Below, piece after piece: positions 1 to 8,121 of a stretch of 22,100 nt of DNA; within the stretch, counting starts at the first letter, position 1, and each line of letters opens with the position of its first letter. This DNA is from an uncultured delta proteobacterium (GTDB lineage: Bacteria > Myxococcota > Myxococcia > Myxococcales > Myxococcaceae), in NCBI GenBank assembly GCA_963776345.1, contig CAVZMH010000004.1, positions 1-22,100 on the forward strand. The letters run 5' to 3'. Both the position numbers and the translations under genes were made by a program. The notes below the pieces were generated by a model, which had not been told where the DNA came from, searched no databases, and saw only the letters and a list, made by a program, of their open reading frames with translations.

Positions 1-23
1 CACTGTCGCTCGACGAGTGCCAG
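1..23. promoter_or_regulatory. CIRCE-like inverted repeat 1 (HrcA operator), left arm cut by the window edge
   Basis: CACTG-N9(TCGCTCGAC)-GAGTGCCAG versus the CIRCE consensus TTAGCACTC-N9-GAGTGCTAA; exact 9-nt spacer. Confidence 0.65.
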
Positions 24-31
24 CCCTCGTT

Positions 32-58
32 CTGGCAGACGGGCCTCACGAGTGCCAG
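32..58. promoter_or_regulatory. CIRCE-like inverted repeat 2 (HrcA operator)
   Basis: CTGGCAGAC-N9(GGGCCTCAC)-GAGTGCCAG; 7 of 9 arm positions complementary, and the right arm is identical to element 1. Confidence 0.65.
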
Positions 59-131
59 CGCAACCCCTCGGAATTGCTGGACCCGGGGGTGCACGGGTGC
101 CGCCAGGGTTGCTAGCCTTGGGGGAGCATCG

Positions 132-719
132 ATGGATCTGGTCGCGGTCACGTCGCTGAAGCAGTTCTTCAAGTCCCTTCTGGACGAGGCGCTCGGGCAG
201 ACCGGGCTCGACGTCGCCGAGGTCACCGAGTTCTACCTGGCCAACCTCCTGGCCGAGTTCGCCGCCGCCGACCGGCTGTTCGCCCCCGACGAGCCGGGCG
301 GCGCCGGGGAACCGCTCGCTCTGCTGTACCACCGGGCGCAGGCCGCCGAGCGCGAGGAGCGCATCCGCATCCTCCGGCGGCTGGGCGACGTCTCGCTCTA
401 CAAGGCCGGGTTCTTCGCCGGCGCGCTGCGGGACAGCGTGGTGGGGCAGGGCTACACCATCGACATGGGTCGGGCGGCGTACGGCCAGGTGGCGGCGCTC
501 TCCCGCGGCGGCTTCGCCCACGTGTACGACGAGCTGGGCCGAAAGTTCCGGCCGCTGGTCGAGGTGCTGGAGGGAATCGCCGCCCGCTCCTCGGCGCGCA
601 GCTCTCCGTCGGGCGCGCTCCGGGTCTACGAGTCCTGGCGCCGCACCGGGAGCGACACCCTGGAGGGCGTCCTGGTCGACGCGGGCCTCCTCAAGCCCGG
701 CGGAGGGCTCCCCAACTGA
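132..719 (+). CDS. Conserved hypothetical protein, 195 aa
   Basis: GGGGAG RBS before the ATG, strong GC3 bias, conserved-looking blocks EFYLANLL and LRRLGDVSLYKAGFF typical of an uncharacterised myxobacterial family. Confidence 0.85.
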   Translation: MDLVAVTSLKQFFKSLLDEALGQTGLDVAEVTEFYLANLLAEFAAADRLFAPDEPGGAGEPLALLYHRAQAAEREERIRILRRLGDVSLYKAGFFAGALRDSVVGQGYTIDMGRAAYGQVAALSRGGFAHVYDELGRKFRPLVEVLEGIAARSSARSSPSGALRVYESWRRTGSDTLEGVLVDAGLLKPGGGLPN

Positions 720-1354
720 AGCTCGTCGACGAGGTCCAGGATCAGCTCGAGGCCATCTACGACATCGAGTGTCCGAGGGCCTCGGCGTTCCTCCTCCGCC
801 CGGAGGACGCTGCGCTGCTTCGCTCTCCGGCGTCCGACGAGGAGCTCTGGGTCCACGAGGGCGAGGACGGGCTCGAGGTCGGGCTCTATTACTCGGCCGC
901 GCTCCGGACTCACCTCGGGGAGCGGTCGCTGCGCGAGACGGGCTGGCTCGCGCCCGGGCTCGACGCGTACTGCCGCCTCGCCGAGGGCGTGAGCCACTTC
1001 CTCTACCTGGCCCGCTCCGCAGCGCTCGACCGGCGGCTCTCCATCCTCGAGCTCGAGGTCCAGGCCGAGGTCGACAAGTTCGCGAGCCTGGCCCTCCACC
1101 GCTGGCCCTCGCTCCAGGGCGCGTCCGCCCGGGAGCTCCACGCCCGGCTGTTCCGGGACGTCTCGTATCGCCCTGGGCTGGGTCCCGAGGAGCGGTTCCG
1201 GTACGCCGAGGCCAACCGGCTGGCGGCGCTCTTCACCGCCCGGCTCCTGGCCCACGTGATGACCCGACGGCTGGACCGGCTCCTCGAGGCGCTGAGGTAC
1301 GCTTACCGGCTCGGGGCGGAGGCCAAGCTGCAGCACCTGGCGCGCGCGGCCTGA
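716..1354 (+). CDS. Conserved hypothetical protein, about 212 aa, probable CTG start overlapping the upstream stop
   Basis: The frame of ORF 989..1354 is open and protein-like back to 716 (LKLVDEVQDQLEAIYDIEC...EEL...GLEVGLY...AEGVSHFLYL...SILELEVQAEVDKF). CTGA overlap with the stop at 717-719; GGAGG at 702-706. Confidence 0.8.
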   Translation: MKLVDEVQDQLEAIYDIECPRASAFLLRPEDAALLRSPASDEELWVHEGEDGLEVGLYYSAALRTHLGERSLRETGWLAPGLDAYCRLAEGVSHFLYLARSAALDRRLSILELEVQAEVDKFASLALHRWPSLQGASARELHARLFRDVSYRPGLGPEERFRYAEANRLAALFTARLLAHVMTRRLDRLLEALRYAYRLGAEAKLQHLARAA

Positions 1355-1360
1355 GGCTCC

Positions 1361-1369
1361 TGCTACAGT
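1361..1369 (+). promoter_or_regulatory. Candidate extended -10 element (TGC-TACAGT) for the response regulator gene
   Basis: TGnTAnnnT match 8 nt before TTG 1378 and 14 nt before GTG 1384, with no Shine-Dalgarno in between. Confidence 0.35.
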
Positions 1370-1383
1370 CCGCCCTGTTGACC

Positions 1384-3150
1384 GTGACGAAGCTCTCTCT
1401 CCTCGCGGTGGACCCCGACCTCGCGTCGGCCCGCGCGCTTTCCGAGGCCTTCAACCGCGCCGACTTCGCCTTCCGGGCGGTCCCCGACGTCGGGCGCGCG
1501 CTGGCCGTGCTCCGCTCGAGCCAAGTCGACGTGGTGCTGGCGGTGGGGAATCTGAGCACACCGCTGGTGTCCCAGCTCCTCGGGGCGCTGGCTCACGACG
1601 CGACGCTGTCGCGCCTCCCGGTGGTGCTGCTCGGGGAGGAGGCCGGGGACGCCCCCCTGGTGACGGAGATGCGGACCGGGGTGGTGGAGATGCTGCTCCG
1701 GCCTTTCCAGCCCTTCGAGCATCCGGACCGGGTCCGTCAGGTCGTGGCCGAGCTGCCCGAGCGCACCGGCCGGGTGGTCGGCTTCGAGGCGCTGCGCATG
1801 GTGGAGCACATCCAGCGCACCTTCCGCTCGGGCGCCCTGAAGCTGAACCCGGGCACGCCCGGCGAGAGCCAGGCCCTCTTCACCCACGGCGTGCTCCGCG
1901 GGGCGAGGCACCGGGAGGCCCGCGGCGAGGTCGCCCTGGCGGCCATGCTGGCCCTGCCCCGTGCCCCGTGGGCCTTCCTCGAGCTCAGCGGCCAGGGAGG
2001 CGAGGGCACCGGCGTCGCCATTCACCTGGACAAGACGGCCCCGGAGCCTCCGCAGCCCATGGAGGAGAGCGGGTACGACATCCTCCCCGAGGTTGGCCCG
2101 GAGGTGCTCCTCGCCGAGGGCAGCGCGCCCCTCGACGTGGACGGCGAGCAGCTGGTCATCGAGGGGGTCACCCCGACGCCGGCGCCCCCGCATGTCCCCA
2201 TCCTCCTGGTGGACGACGACGAGGAGCTGTGCCGGATGTTCGGCGCGCTGTTCCGGCGGAAGGGCTTCGACGTGACGGTGGCCCAGGACGGGCTCGCCGG
2301 GTACGAGGCGGCGGTCTCGGGCGACTTCGAGCTGCTCATTGCCGACCTCAACATGCCGAAGATGGACGGCTGGGGGCTCCTGCGCCTCATCCGGGACGAC
2401 TACCGGACGCGCGAGCTGCCCTTCGCGATGCTCAGCTGCCAGGACCACTACCGCGAGTCGCTCAAGGCGCTCGACGCCGGGGCGCAGGCCTATTTTCCGA
2501 AGACGCTTCGGCTCGAGGCGCTGGTCAGCCAGGTCCAGTCGGTGCTCCAGCCCCGGCAGCAGGCCAGGGCGCAGATTCCCCAGGGGACGCTCAGGAGCAT
2601 CCCGGTGGGGCAGCTCGGGGTGCAGTGGGTGCTCCGGGAGCTGGCCGCGGCGGGCGTCACCGGCACCCTCCGGGCCCGGGACAGCTGGGCGACGTACGAG
2701 GTCGCCTTCCGCGAGGGACGGGCCATCCACGCCTCGGCGCAGACCGGCTCCCACCAGGCGCTCGGGGAGCGGGCGCTCAACGCCTTCGTCGCCAGCCGCT
2801 GTACCGACGCGACCTGGAACCCGACCGAGCCGGGTCCGCGGCAGACGCTGATGCTGCCCGTCCCGGAGCTCCTGGTCCGGGCCACCCAGCTGCTCAACGA
2901 CAACGCCCGGCGGCTCCGCGACGGCCTGATGGTCAACCCCATCGAGATCCACGTGAACCCCGAGCTGTACGAGGTCTACGTCCGGAACGGGCCGCAGCAG
3001 TGGCTGCCCGCGGCGAAGCTCCTCTGCGAGCAGGGGCTCCCCCCGCGCGAGGTCCTGGCGCGTCTGGACGATTCTCCGGTCGAGCTGGAGGAGGTTCTCC
3101 GCGACCTCATCCGCCGGGGCGTGGTCTCGCTGAGCGCGCCGCCGGCGTGA
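1384..3150 (+). CDS. Response regulator: degenerate REC + DUF4388/PATAN-like domain + canonical REC + DUF4388-like domain, about 588 aa (start could be TTG 1378)
   Basis: The second REC has ILLVDDD, LLIADLNMPKMDG, MLS and YFPK. The N-terminal REC (LLAVDPD...VDVVLAVG) lacks the phospho-Asp. RSGALKL...ALFTHG...GEVAL and TGTLRA...VAFREG...GERAL are DUF4388-like. The 769-1377 part of the ORF track overlaps the real upstream gene. Confidence 0.85.
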   Translation: MTKLSLLAVDPDLASARALSEAFNRADFAFRAVPDVGRALAVLRSSQVDVVLAVGNLSTPLVSQLLGALAHDATLSRLPVVLLGEEAGDAPLVTEMRTGVVEMLLRPFQPFEHPDRVRQVVAELPERTGRVVGFEALRMVEHIQRTFRSGALKLNPGTPGESQALFTHGVLRGARHREARGEVALAAMLALPRAPWAFLELSGQGGEGTGVAIHLDKTAPEPPQPMEESGYDILPEVGPEVLLAEGSAPLDVDGEQLVIEGVTPTPAPPHVPILLVDDDEELCRMFGALFRRKGFDVTVAQDGLAGYEAAVSGDFELLIADLNMPKMDGWGLLRLIRDDYRTRELPFAMLSCQDHYRESLKALDAGAQAYFPKTLRLEALVSQVQSVLQPRQQARAQIPQGTLRSIPVGQLGVQWVLRELAAAGVTGTLRARDSWATYEVAFREGRAIHASAQTGSHQALGERALNAFVASRCTDATWNPTEPGPRQTLMLPVPELLVRATQLLNDNARRLRDGLMVNPIEIHVNPELYEVYVRNGPQQWLPAAKLLCEQGLPPREVLARLDDSPVELEEVLRDLIRRGVVSLSAPPA

Positions 3151-3156
3151 GGCGGA

Positions 3157-3402
3157 TCAGAGCGGCGGCCTGGCCGCGGAGGCGTCGTACTTCCCGGACA
3201 GGGTCTCGCGGACGTCGCGATCGAACTTCACCCGGCCGGTGGCCACCTCGCGAAGGGACAGCACCGGCGGCTTGTTCTTCGAGGTCTCGATGAGTGGCCG
3301 GGCCCCGGCCATCAGCTGACGGGCTCGCTTCGCGGCGAGCAGCACCAGGGCGAAGCGGTTGTCGACGAGGGGGAGGCAGTCTTCGACTGTGACGCGGGCC
3401 AT
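3157..3402 (-). CDS. rpoZ: RNA polymerase omega subunit, 81 aa
   Basis: [10 protein letters not shown]...[16 protein letters not shown]...[14 protein letters not shown] is the omega signature; GAGG RBS upstream. Confidence 0.97.
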   Translation of the reverse strand: MARVTVEDCLPLVDNRFALVLLAAKRARQLMAGARPLIETSKNKPPVLSLREVATGRVKFDRDVRETLSGKYDASAARPPL

Positions 3403-3454
3403 GCTCGGAGATCCTCGAGAAATTCGCCCCCCGGGGGGCCAGGCAAGGTGCAGG

Positions 3455-3483
3455 ACGTAACGGGAGCGCCGGGGGGGTGTCAA
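3455..3483 (-). promoter_or_regulatory. Candidate sigma70 promoter for rpoZ
   Basis: Perfect TTGACA (3483-3478), 17-nt spacer, weak -10 TTACGT. Confidence 0.4.
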
Positions 3484-3696
3484 GACGGGGGCGAGGCCCG
3501 GCTCCAGCAATCGGGTCCGGGCCGAGCTGCACGTCGGCCGTGGCGGTGGTGTCGACCGTGCCTGCTCGGCAGGGCTCGCGCGAGGGCAGGACGCCCGCTG
3601 GCTTTTCCACCGGTCAGGGCCCGTTCCTCATTCTGGTCGAGGTCCGAGCCCGGGTTGTCCCGGCGCCCCACCCGGGAGGATGCTCCCCACAGAGCA

Positions 3697-5466
3697 ATGG
3701 ACTTCTTCCAGGAACCGCCGCGTCTCGGGAACCAGTACGACGGCGACCTCCTGCTCCGGAGCTGGCTGGAGCGCACGCTGCCCGAGCCGGTGCGACGCGC
3801 CGTCGCGCCCGAGCTGCGCGAGATGGGCGAGCTGGCCGCGACCACCCTCCTCGCGCTGTCGACGCAGGGGCGCCGGGACGAGCCGCAGCTCGTGCCCCAC
3901 GATCCGTGGGGACGCCGCATCGACGAGATCCGCGTCCCGGAGGCCTGGCGCGCCTTCGCCCGGGTCGCGGCCGAGTGGGGTCTGGTGGCCATCCCTCACG
4001 AGCGCGCGCACGGGGCCTTCTCGCGCATCCACCAGGCGGCGCTGATCCATCTCTTCGCGCCCTCGACCTCCATCTACTCCTGCCCCCTGGCGATGACCGA
4101 CGGCGCGGCGACGACCTTGCTCGCCCACGGAAACACGGCGCTGGTCGAGCGGGCGGTGCCGCGGCTGACCAGCCGGGACCCGGCGCGCGCCTGGACCAGC
4201 GGGCAGTGGATGACCGAGCGCACCGGCGGCTCCGACGTGGGCCAGAGCCTGACGCGGGCGGTGCGCGACGGCGCGTCGTGGCGGCTCCACGGGAGCAAGT
4301 GGTTCACCTCGGCGACCACCAGCGAGATGACGCTCACCCTGGCCCGGCCGGAGGGGAACCCGGGCGGCGGGAAGGGGCTGGCCCTCTTCTACCTGGAGCT
4401 GCGCGGGCCGGACGGCGCGCCCAACGGGGTGAAGGTGCTGCGGCTCAAGGAGAAGCTCGGGACGCGGATGCTCCCCACGGCCGAGGTGGATCTCGAGGGG
4501 ACGATCGCCACGCCGGTGATCGGCCTCTCGGATGGCGTCCGGGCCATCGCCCCGATGCTGCAGATCACCCGGACGTGGAACGCGCTCTGCGCGGTGTGCT
4601 CGATGCGGCGAGGCATCGCCCTGGCGCGCGACTGGGCCGGGCGGCGCTCGGCCTTCGGCGCGCGGCTCGCGGACAAGCCGCTTCACGTCCAGACGCTGGC
4701 CGAGCTCGAGGCGGAGTACCAGGCGGCGTTCCTGCTCACCTTCCGGGTGGTGGAGCTGCTCGGCCGGGTCGAGGCGCAGGAGGCGACGGAGGCGGAGCGG
4801 CGCCTGGCGCGGTCGCTACAGCCGGTGGCGAAGCTGGTCACCGGCAAGCAGGCGGTGGCCCACGCCAGCGAGGTGCTCGAGGCCTTCGGCGGCGCGGGCT
4901 ACATCGAGGACACCGGGCTGCCGGCGCTGCTCCGGGATGCGCAGGTGCTGCCCATCTGGGAGGGGACCACCAACGTCCTCTCCCTCGACCTGCTCCGCGC
5001 GCTCGCCGGCGAGGCCGGGCTGCGCGATGTCGACGCCGAGGTGAACCGGGCGCTCGGCGCGGCCACCGATGCGGCGCTCACCCCGGTCCGGACGCGCGCC
5101 CGGGCGTTGATGGACGCCGCCGCCGCCTGGTTCCGATCGGCCCACGACGCCGGCCCCGCCCAGCTCGAGGGCGGCGCGCGGCGGTTCGCGCTCGCCGTGG
5201 GACGCGCCCTGCAGCTCGCGCTCGCGGCCGAGCACGCCCAGTGGCAGCTCGGGCGGGGCGACCGGAGCGGCGTCGCCGTCGCTCGGCAGCTGGTGGCCCT
5301 CAGCCCGGTGCCCGACCTGGTCGCCGTGCTCTCGGCCGACGAGGCGCGGACGGCGGCCGGGCTGCGAGAGCTGAGGCTCAGAACCGGTAACCCACCCCGA
5401 GCGCCACCCGGACCGCGAACGACGGGCCGAAGCTGGAGGTCGTGGTGGCGGTCGACTCGTTCTTGA
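3697..5466 (+). CDS. Acyl-CoA dehydrogenase, AidB-like family, about 589 aa
   Basis: CPLAMTDGAA, GQWMTERTGGSDV, GSKWFTS, RLKEKLGTR, EAFGGAGYIED, PIWEGTTN; starts at ATG 3697 (MDFFQEPP). Confidence 0.93.
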   Translation: MDFFQEPPRLGNQYDGDLLLRSWLERTLPEPVRRAVAPELREMGELAATTLLALSTQGRRDEPQLVPHDPWGRRIDEIRVPEAWRAFARVAAEWGLVAIPHERAHGAFSRIHQAALIHLFAPSTSIYSCPLAMTDGAATTLLAHGNTALVERAVPRLTSRDPARAWTSGQWMTERTGGSDVGQSLTRAVRDGASWRLHGSKWFTSATTSEMTLTLARPEGNPGGGKGLALFYLELRGPDGAPNGVKVLRLKEKLGTRMLPTAEVDLEGTIATPVIGLSDGVRAIAPMLQITRTWNALCAVCSMRRGIALARDWAGRRSAFGARLADKPLHVQTLAELEAEYQAAFLLTFRVVELLGRVEAQEATEAERRLARSLQPVAKLVTGKQAVAHASEVLEAFGGAGYIEDTGLPALLRDAQVLPIWEGTTNVLSLDLLRALAGEAGLRDVDAEVNRALGAATDAALTPVRTRARALMDAAAAWFRSAHDAGPAQLEGGARRFALAVGRALQLALAAEHAQWQLGRGDRSGVAVARQLVALSPVPDLVAVLSADEARTAAGLRELRLRTGNPPRAPPGPRTTGRSWRSWWRSTRS

Positions 5467-6935
5467 ACAGGTACGTCGCGCCGGCCACGGTCAGGTAGAT
5501 GTACGTGCGGGCGCCGAGGTCCCGGCTCACCGACACCGCCGGGGTGAGCTGCAGCGCGGCGGTGGTCCGGGGCGGCGCGATGCCGGACGTGCTGAAGGAC
5601 TGGTTGAGCAACGCCGCGCCGATGGTCAGCCCGACCTCGATGGACACCGGCGCCAGGTCCCAGACGTGCGACCCCTGCAGCTCGACGTCGAACTGGTCGG
5701 TGGTGGCCTGGAGCCCGCCGTTGGTGTAGCCGGTCCGGCACCAGGCGACGCGCGGGACGAGGGTGATGGGCCGGAGCGCGATGGCCAGACCCACCGCCAC
5801 GCCCGGGCAGAGCCCGGCATCGCTCACCAGCGAGGTCCGCATCCGTGCCTCGGCCTCCAGCGAGAGCACCGAGTCCCGGCTGCCCTCGCCCTTGCGCACC
5901 AGCCGTGCGTAGGCCGTGCGCTGCAGCGTCGACTCGTCCACCGTGGCCGTGGAGCCGGGGGCGACCGCCACCGTCCCCTCGAGCAGCACGTCCGACCCGC
6001 GCCCGCGAACGAAGTAGCGGCCGGCCCGGAGCGACAGCCGCCGCACCCGGTCCGCGCTCGCCACCTCGCCCACCACCGCGCCGTCGGCGCTCTCCTGGAA
6101 GAGGAGCCAGTTCTTCCCGGGCGGCAGATCGAGCCAGGCCCGGGTCGGCGAGCGCGCATCCAGCGTGGCCAGTACCAGAATCCCCCGCGCCGCGCAGGTC
6201 GTACTGGAAGGTGGGGTGCTGCGTCCCGGCGAGGGTCCGGCTCGAGGCGCGGAGCGTGGTCTCGTACGCGTACCGGTAGGCCTCGTCGAGCGTCACCCGC
6301 CCATCGCTGTTCTCGTCCGCCGCGCCGAGGAGCCCCGAGAGGAGCGCGTGGGTGAAGAAGCTTCCCTTGAGCTCGTCCGACTCCTGGCTGTCCTCCGACG
6401 CCGAGCTGGAGGTGAGGAAGACGGCGCCCTCGCCGGCCACCCGCTCGCCGAGCCGGATCTCGAAGGGAGGGATGGGCGTGCCGCCCTTCACCCGGGTGAG
6501 CGCGCCCGAGCGGCAGGCGTCCAGCACCAGCAGCCGGAAGGCCGCGGCGGATCCGCGCACCAGCTGCTCCAGCTCGCCCAGCTCCAGCCGGCTGCTCCCG
6601 AGGTGCAGCGCCCCGGCGTCGGCGTGGCCCGAGTAGTAGACCAGGAGCACCGTGGAGCGGCCCGCGGTGCGGACCCGCTCGTTCACCGCGATCAGCGCCC
6701 GGCGCACGGTGTCCGCGTCCTTCCCCTGGAGCAGGACGGTGTTCTCGGGCCGGACGCCGCCGACCTCCTGGAGCACCGAGGCCACGCGTGCCGCGTCCAT
6801 CTCCGCGTAGCGCAGCGGCAGGTCGGGCCCTTGCCCGAGGTTGTTGCCCACCACCACCGCGTAGCGCTCCACGTCGGCCAGCGCGGCCGTGGGCAGCAGC
6901 AGCGCCAGCGCGGTCAGCGCTTGACGAAGCTCCAC
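5378..6935 (-). CDS. Exported caspase-family (peptidase C14) protease with C-terminal outer-membrane beta-barrel; +1 frameshift at 6179-6180 in this sequence (about 518 aa if repaired)
   Basis: Signal peptide MELRQALTALALLLPTAALA; RYAVVVGNN, LRYA..DA, YYSGH and LDACRSG catalytic dyad, SFFTHAL, EF-hand-like DENSDGRVTLDE, QHP. Removing one base joins YDLRGAGD-LVLATL to ORF 5378..6076, which ends in VALGVGYRF. Confidence 0.88.
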
Positions 6936-7636
6936 CGGAGACCCTGGCAATCGGTGGGCAGCGGCGCCGCGTCCTGGGCCTGCTGCAGCGCGAGCCGGAT
7001 GGGCTCCAGCTCCACCGGCGCGGTGCAGAACAGGCCCAGCAGCCGCTCCTCGCCGGTGGTGGCGTCGAGGCGCGTGCCGAGCGGCAGCGGCACCTCGGCC
7101 CCGGCCGGCACCTCGGCCGCGCGGGGGCCCTGGGGGAAGTAGACGGAGGCCCTGCCCGCCGGGTCGAGGCTGAGGACCGCGACGAAGGCCGGCGCCGGGG
7201 TGCTCACCGCGAAGCGCACCGCATCGCCCGGGGCGACGCTCTCGCCCGGGGCCGCGCGGCGCACCTCGTCCCCGTGCTGGACGTACATGACCAGCCCGAC
7301 TCCGGCCCCCTTGCGGCGCTCGCCCGTGCCCTCGGTCCGGAGCATCAGGAGGACGGAGGCGGCCAGGGCCAGGCCGAGGCCCGCGGCGGCGGCGGCTCTG
7401 GGCACGGGGCGGCGCAGCGGCGGCCGGGCCAGCAGCGCGGCGGGGAGGGGCAGGGCGCGAACCTCCTCGCGCACGCCCCGCATCCCGGCCACCGCGGTGC
7501 TGCAGGCGGCGCAGGTCGAGAGGTGCGTGCCGACGCTCTCGGCGTCCGCCGGGTCGAGCTCGCCCATCATCCACCGGTCGAGGCGCAGGGAGGAGAGGCA
7601 GGCATTCCAGCTGAGGGGGGTGGTGGCGAGGTTCAT
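6914..7636 (-). CDS. Membrane anti-sigma factor: zf-HC2/ZAS domain, one TM helix and a DUF4384 (ActD-like) extracytoplasmic domain, 240 aa
   Basis: CLSSLRLD...GEL...HLSTCAAC (HxxxCxxC); TM AAAAAGLGLALAASVLLML; R-KG...PGDAVRF...SLDPAG..SVYFP...LD...GEERL..LFC; ATGA overlap with the sigma stop. Confidence 0.87.
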   Translation of the reverse strand: MNLATTPLSWNACLSSLRLDRWMMGELDPADAESVGTHLSTCAACSTAVAGMRGVREEVRALPLPAALLARPPLRRPVPRAAAAAGLGLALAASVLLMLRTEGTGERRKGAGVGLVMYVQHGDEVRRAAPGESVAPGDAVRFAVSTPAPAFVAVLSLDPAGRASVYFPQGPRAAEVPAGAEVPLPLGTRLDATTGEERLLGLFCTAPVELEPIRLALQQAQDAAPLPTDCQGLRWSFVKR

Positions 7637-8121
7637 GCGGTCTGCTCCGCGCGGTCCCAGAGGCCCTGGGCGCGCTCGAGGAGGTAGCCCACCTGGCGCC
7701 GGGAGCAGCCGAGCAGCTCGGCGACCTCGGCGTGGGTCATCCCGTCCAGGTGGTGGTAGACGACGGCCGCTGCCACGTCGTCGGGCAGCAGGGCCAGGAG
7801 CCGGCGCACCTCGGCGGCGGCCTCGCCGCGGGGACCTCCGGTCTCGGCCATCCCGGGGTGGACGTGCAGCTCGAGCACCCGGGCGCCGGTGCGCGCCTTC
7901 CGCAGCTGGTTCAGGCAGTGGTGGGTGGTGGCCTGGTACAGCCAGCCGACGATCGACCCGGCCGAGCGGATGGCGTCGGGGTTCCGGACCAGCGCGGTGA
8001 AGATGTCTTGAAGCGCCTCGCGCGCATCGGCCTCGCTGCCGAGCAGCGTCCGGGCGCGCCGGAGGACCACGTGCCCGTGCGAGCGGTACAGGCCGGCGAT
8101 GGCCGGGGCGTCGAGGATCAT
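7633..8121 (-). CDS. ECF RNA polymerase sigma factor, 162 aa
   Basis: Region 2 LYRSHG..VLRRAR.LLG.EADA.EALQDIF...WLYQATTHHCLNQLR; region 4 HLDGMTHAEVAELLGCSRRQV; ATGA overlap with the upstream stop. Confidence 0.93.
   Translation of the reverse strand: MILDAPAIAGLYRSHGHVVLRRARTLLGSEADAREALQDIFTALVRNPDAIRSAGSIVGWLYQATTHHCLNQLRKARTGARVLELHVHPGMAETGGPRGEAAAEVRRLLALLPDDVAAAVVYHHLDGMTHAEVAELLGCSRRQVGYLLERAQGLWDRAEQTA

Noticed and set aside
97..114. Sigma54 promoter upstream of gene 132
   Set aside because: TTGCTA fits -12, but the -24 dinucleotide is GC rather than the invariant GG
3484..3696. Structured ncRNA between rpoZ and the acyl-CoA dehydrogenase
   Set aside because: No recognisable tRNA, tmRNA, 6S or riboswitch motif; an Rfam scan would be needed
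6179..6186. Phase variation at the G5 run next to the caspase frameshift
   Set aside because: The run is short, removing a T rather than a G restores the expected GDLVL motif, and the matching lesion at 9723 has no homopolymer
5378..8121. CRISPR-associated (Craspase-type) locus
   Set aside because: No repeats or cas genes in the window, and the protease is an exported C14 type rather than a TPR-CHAT protein
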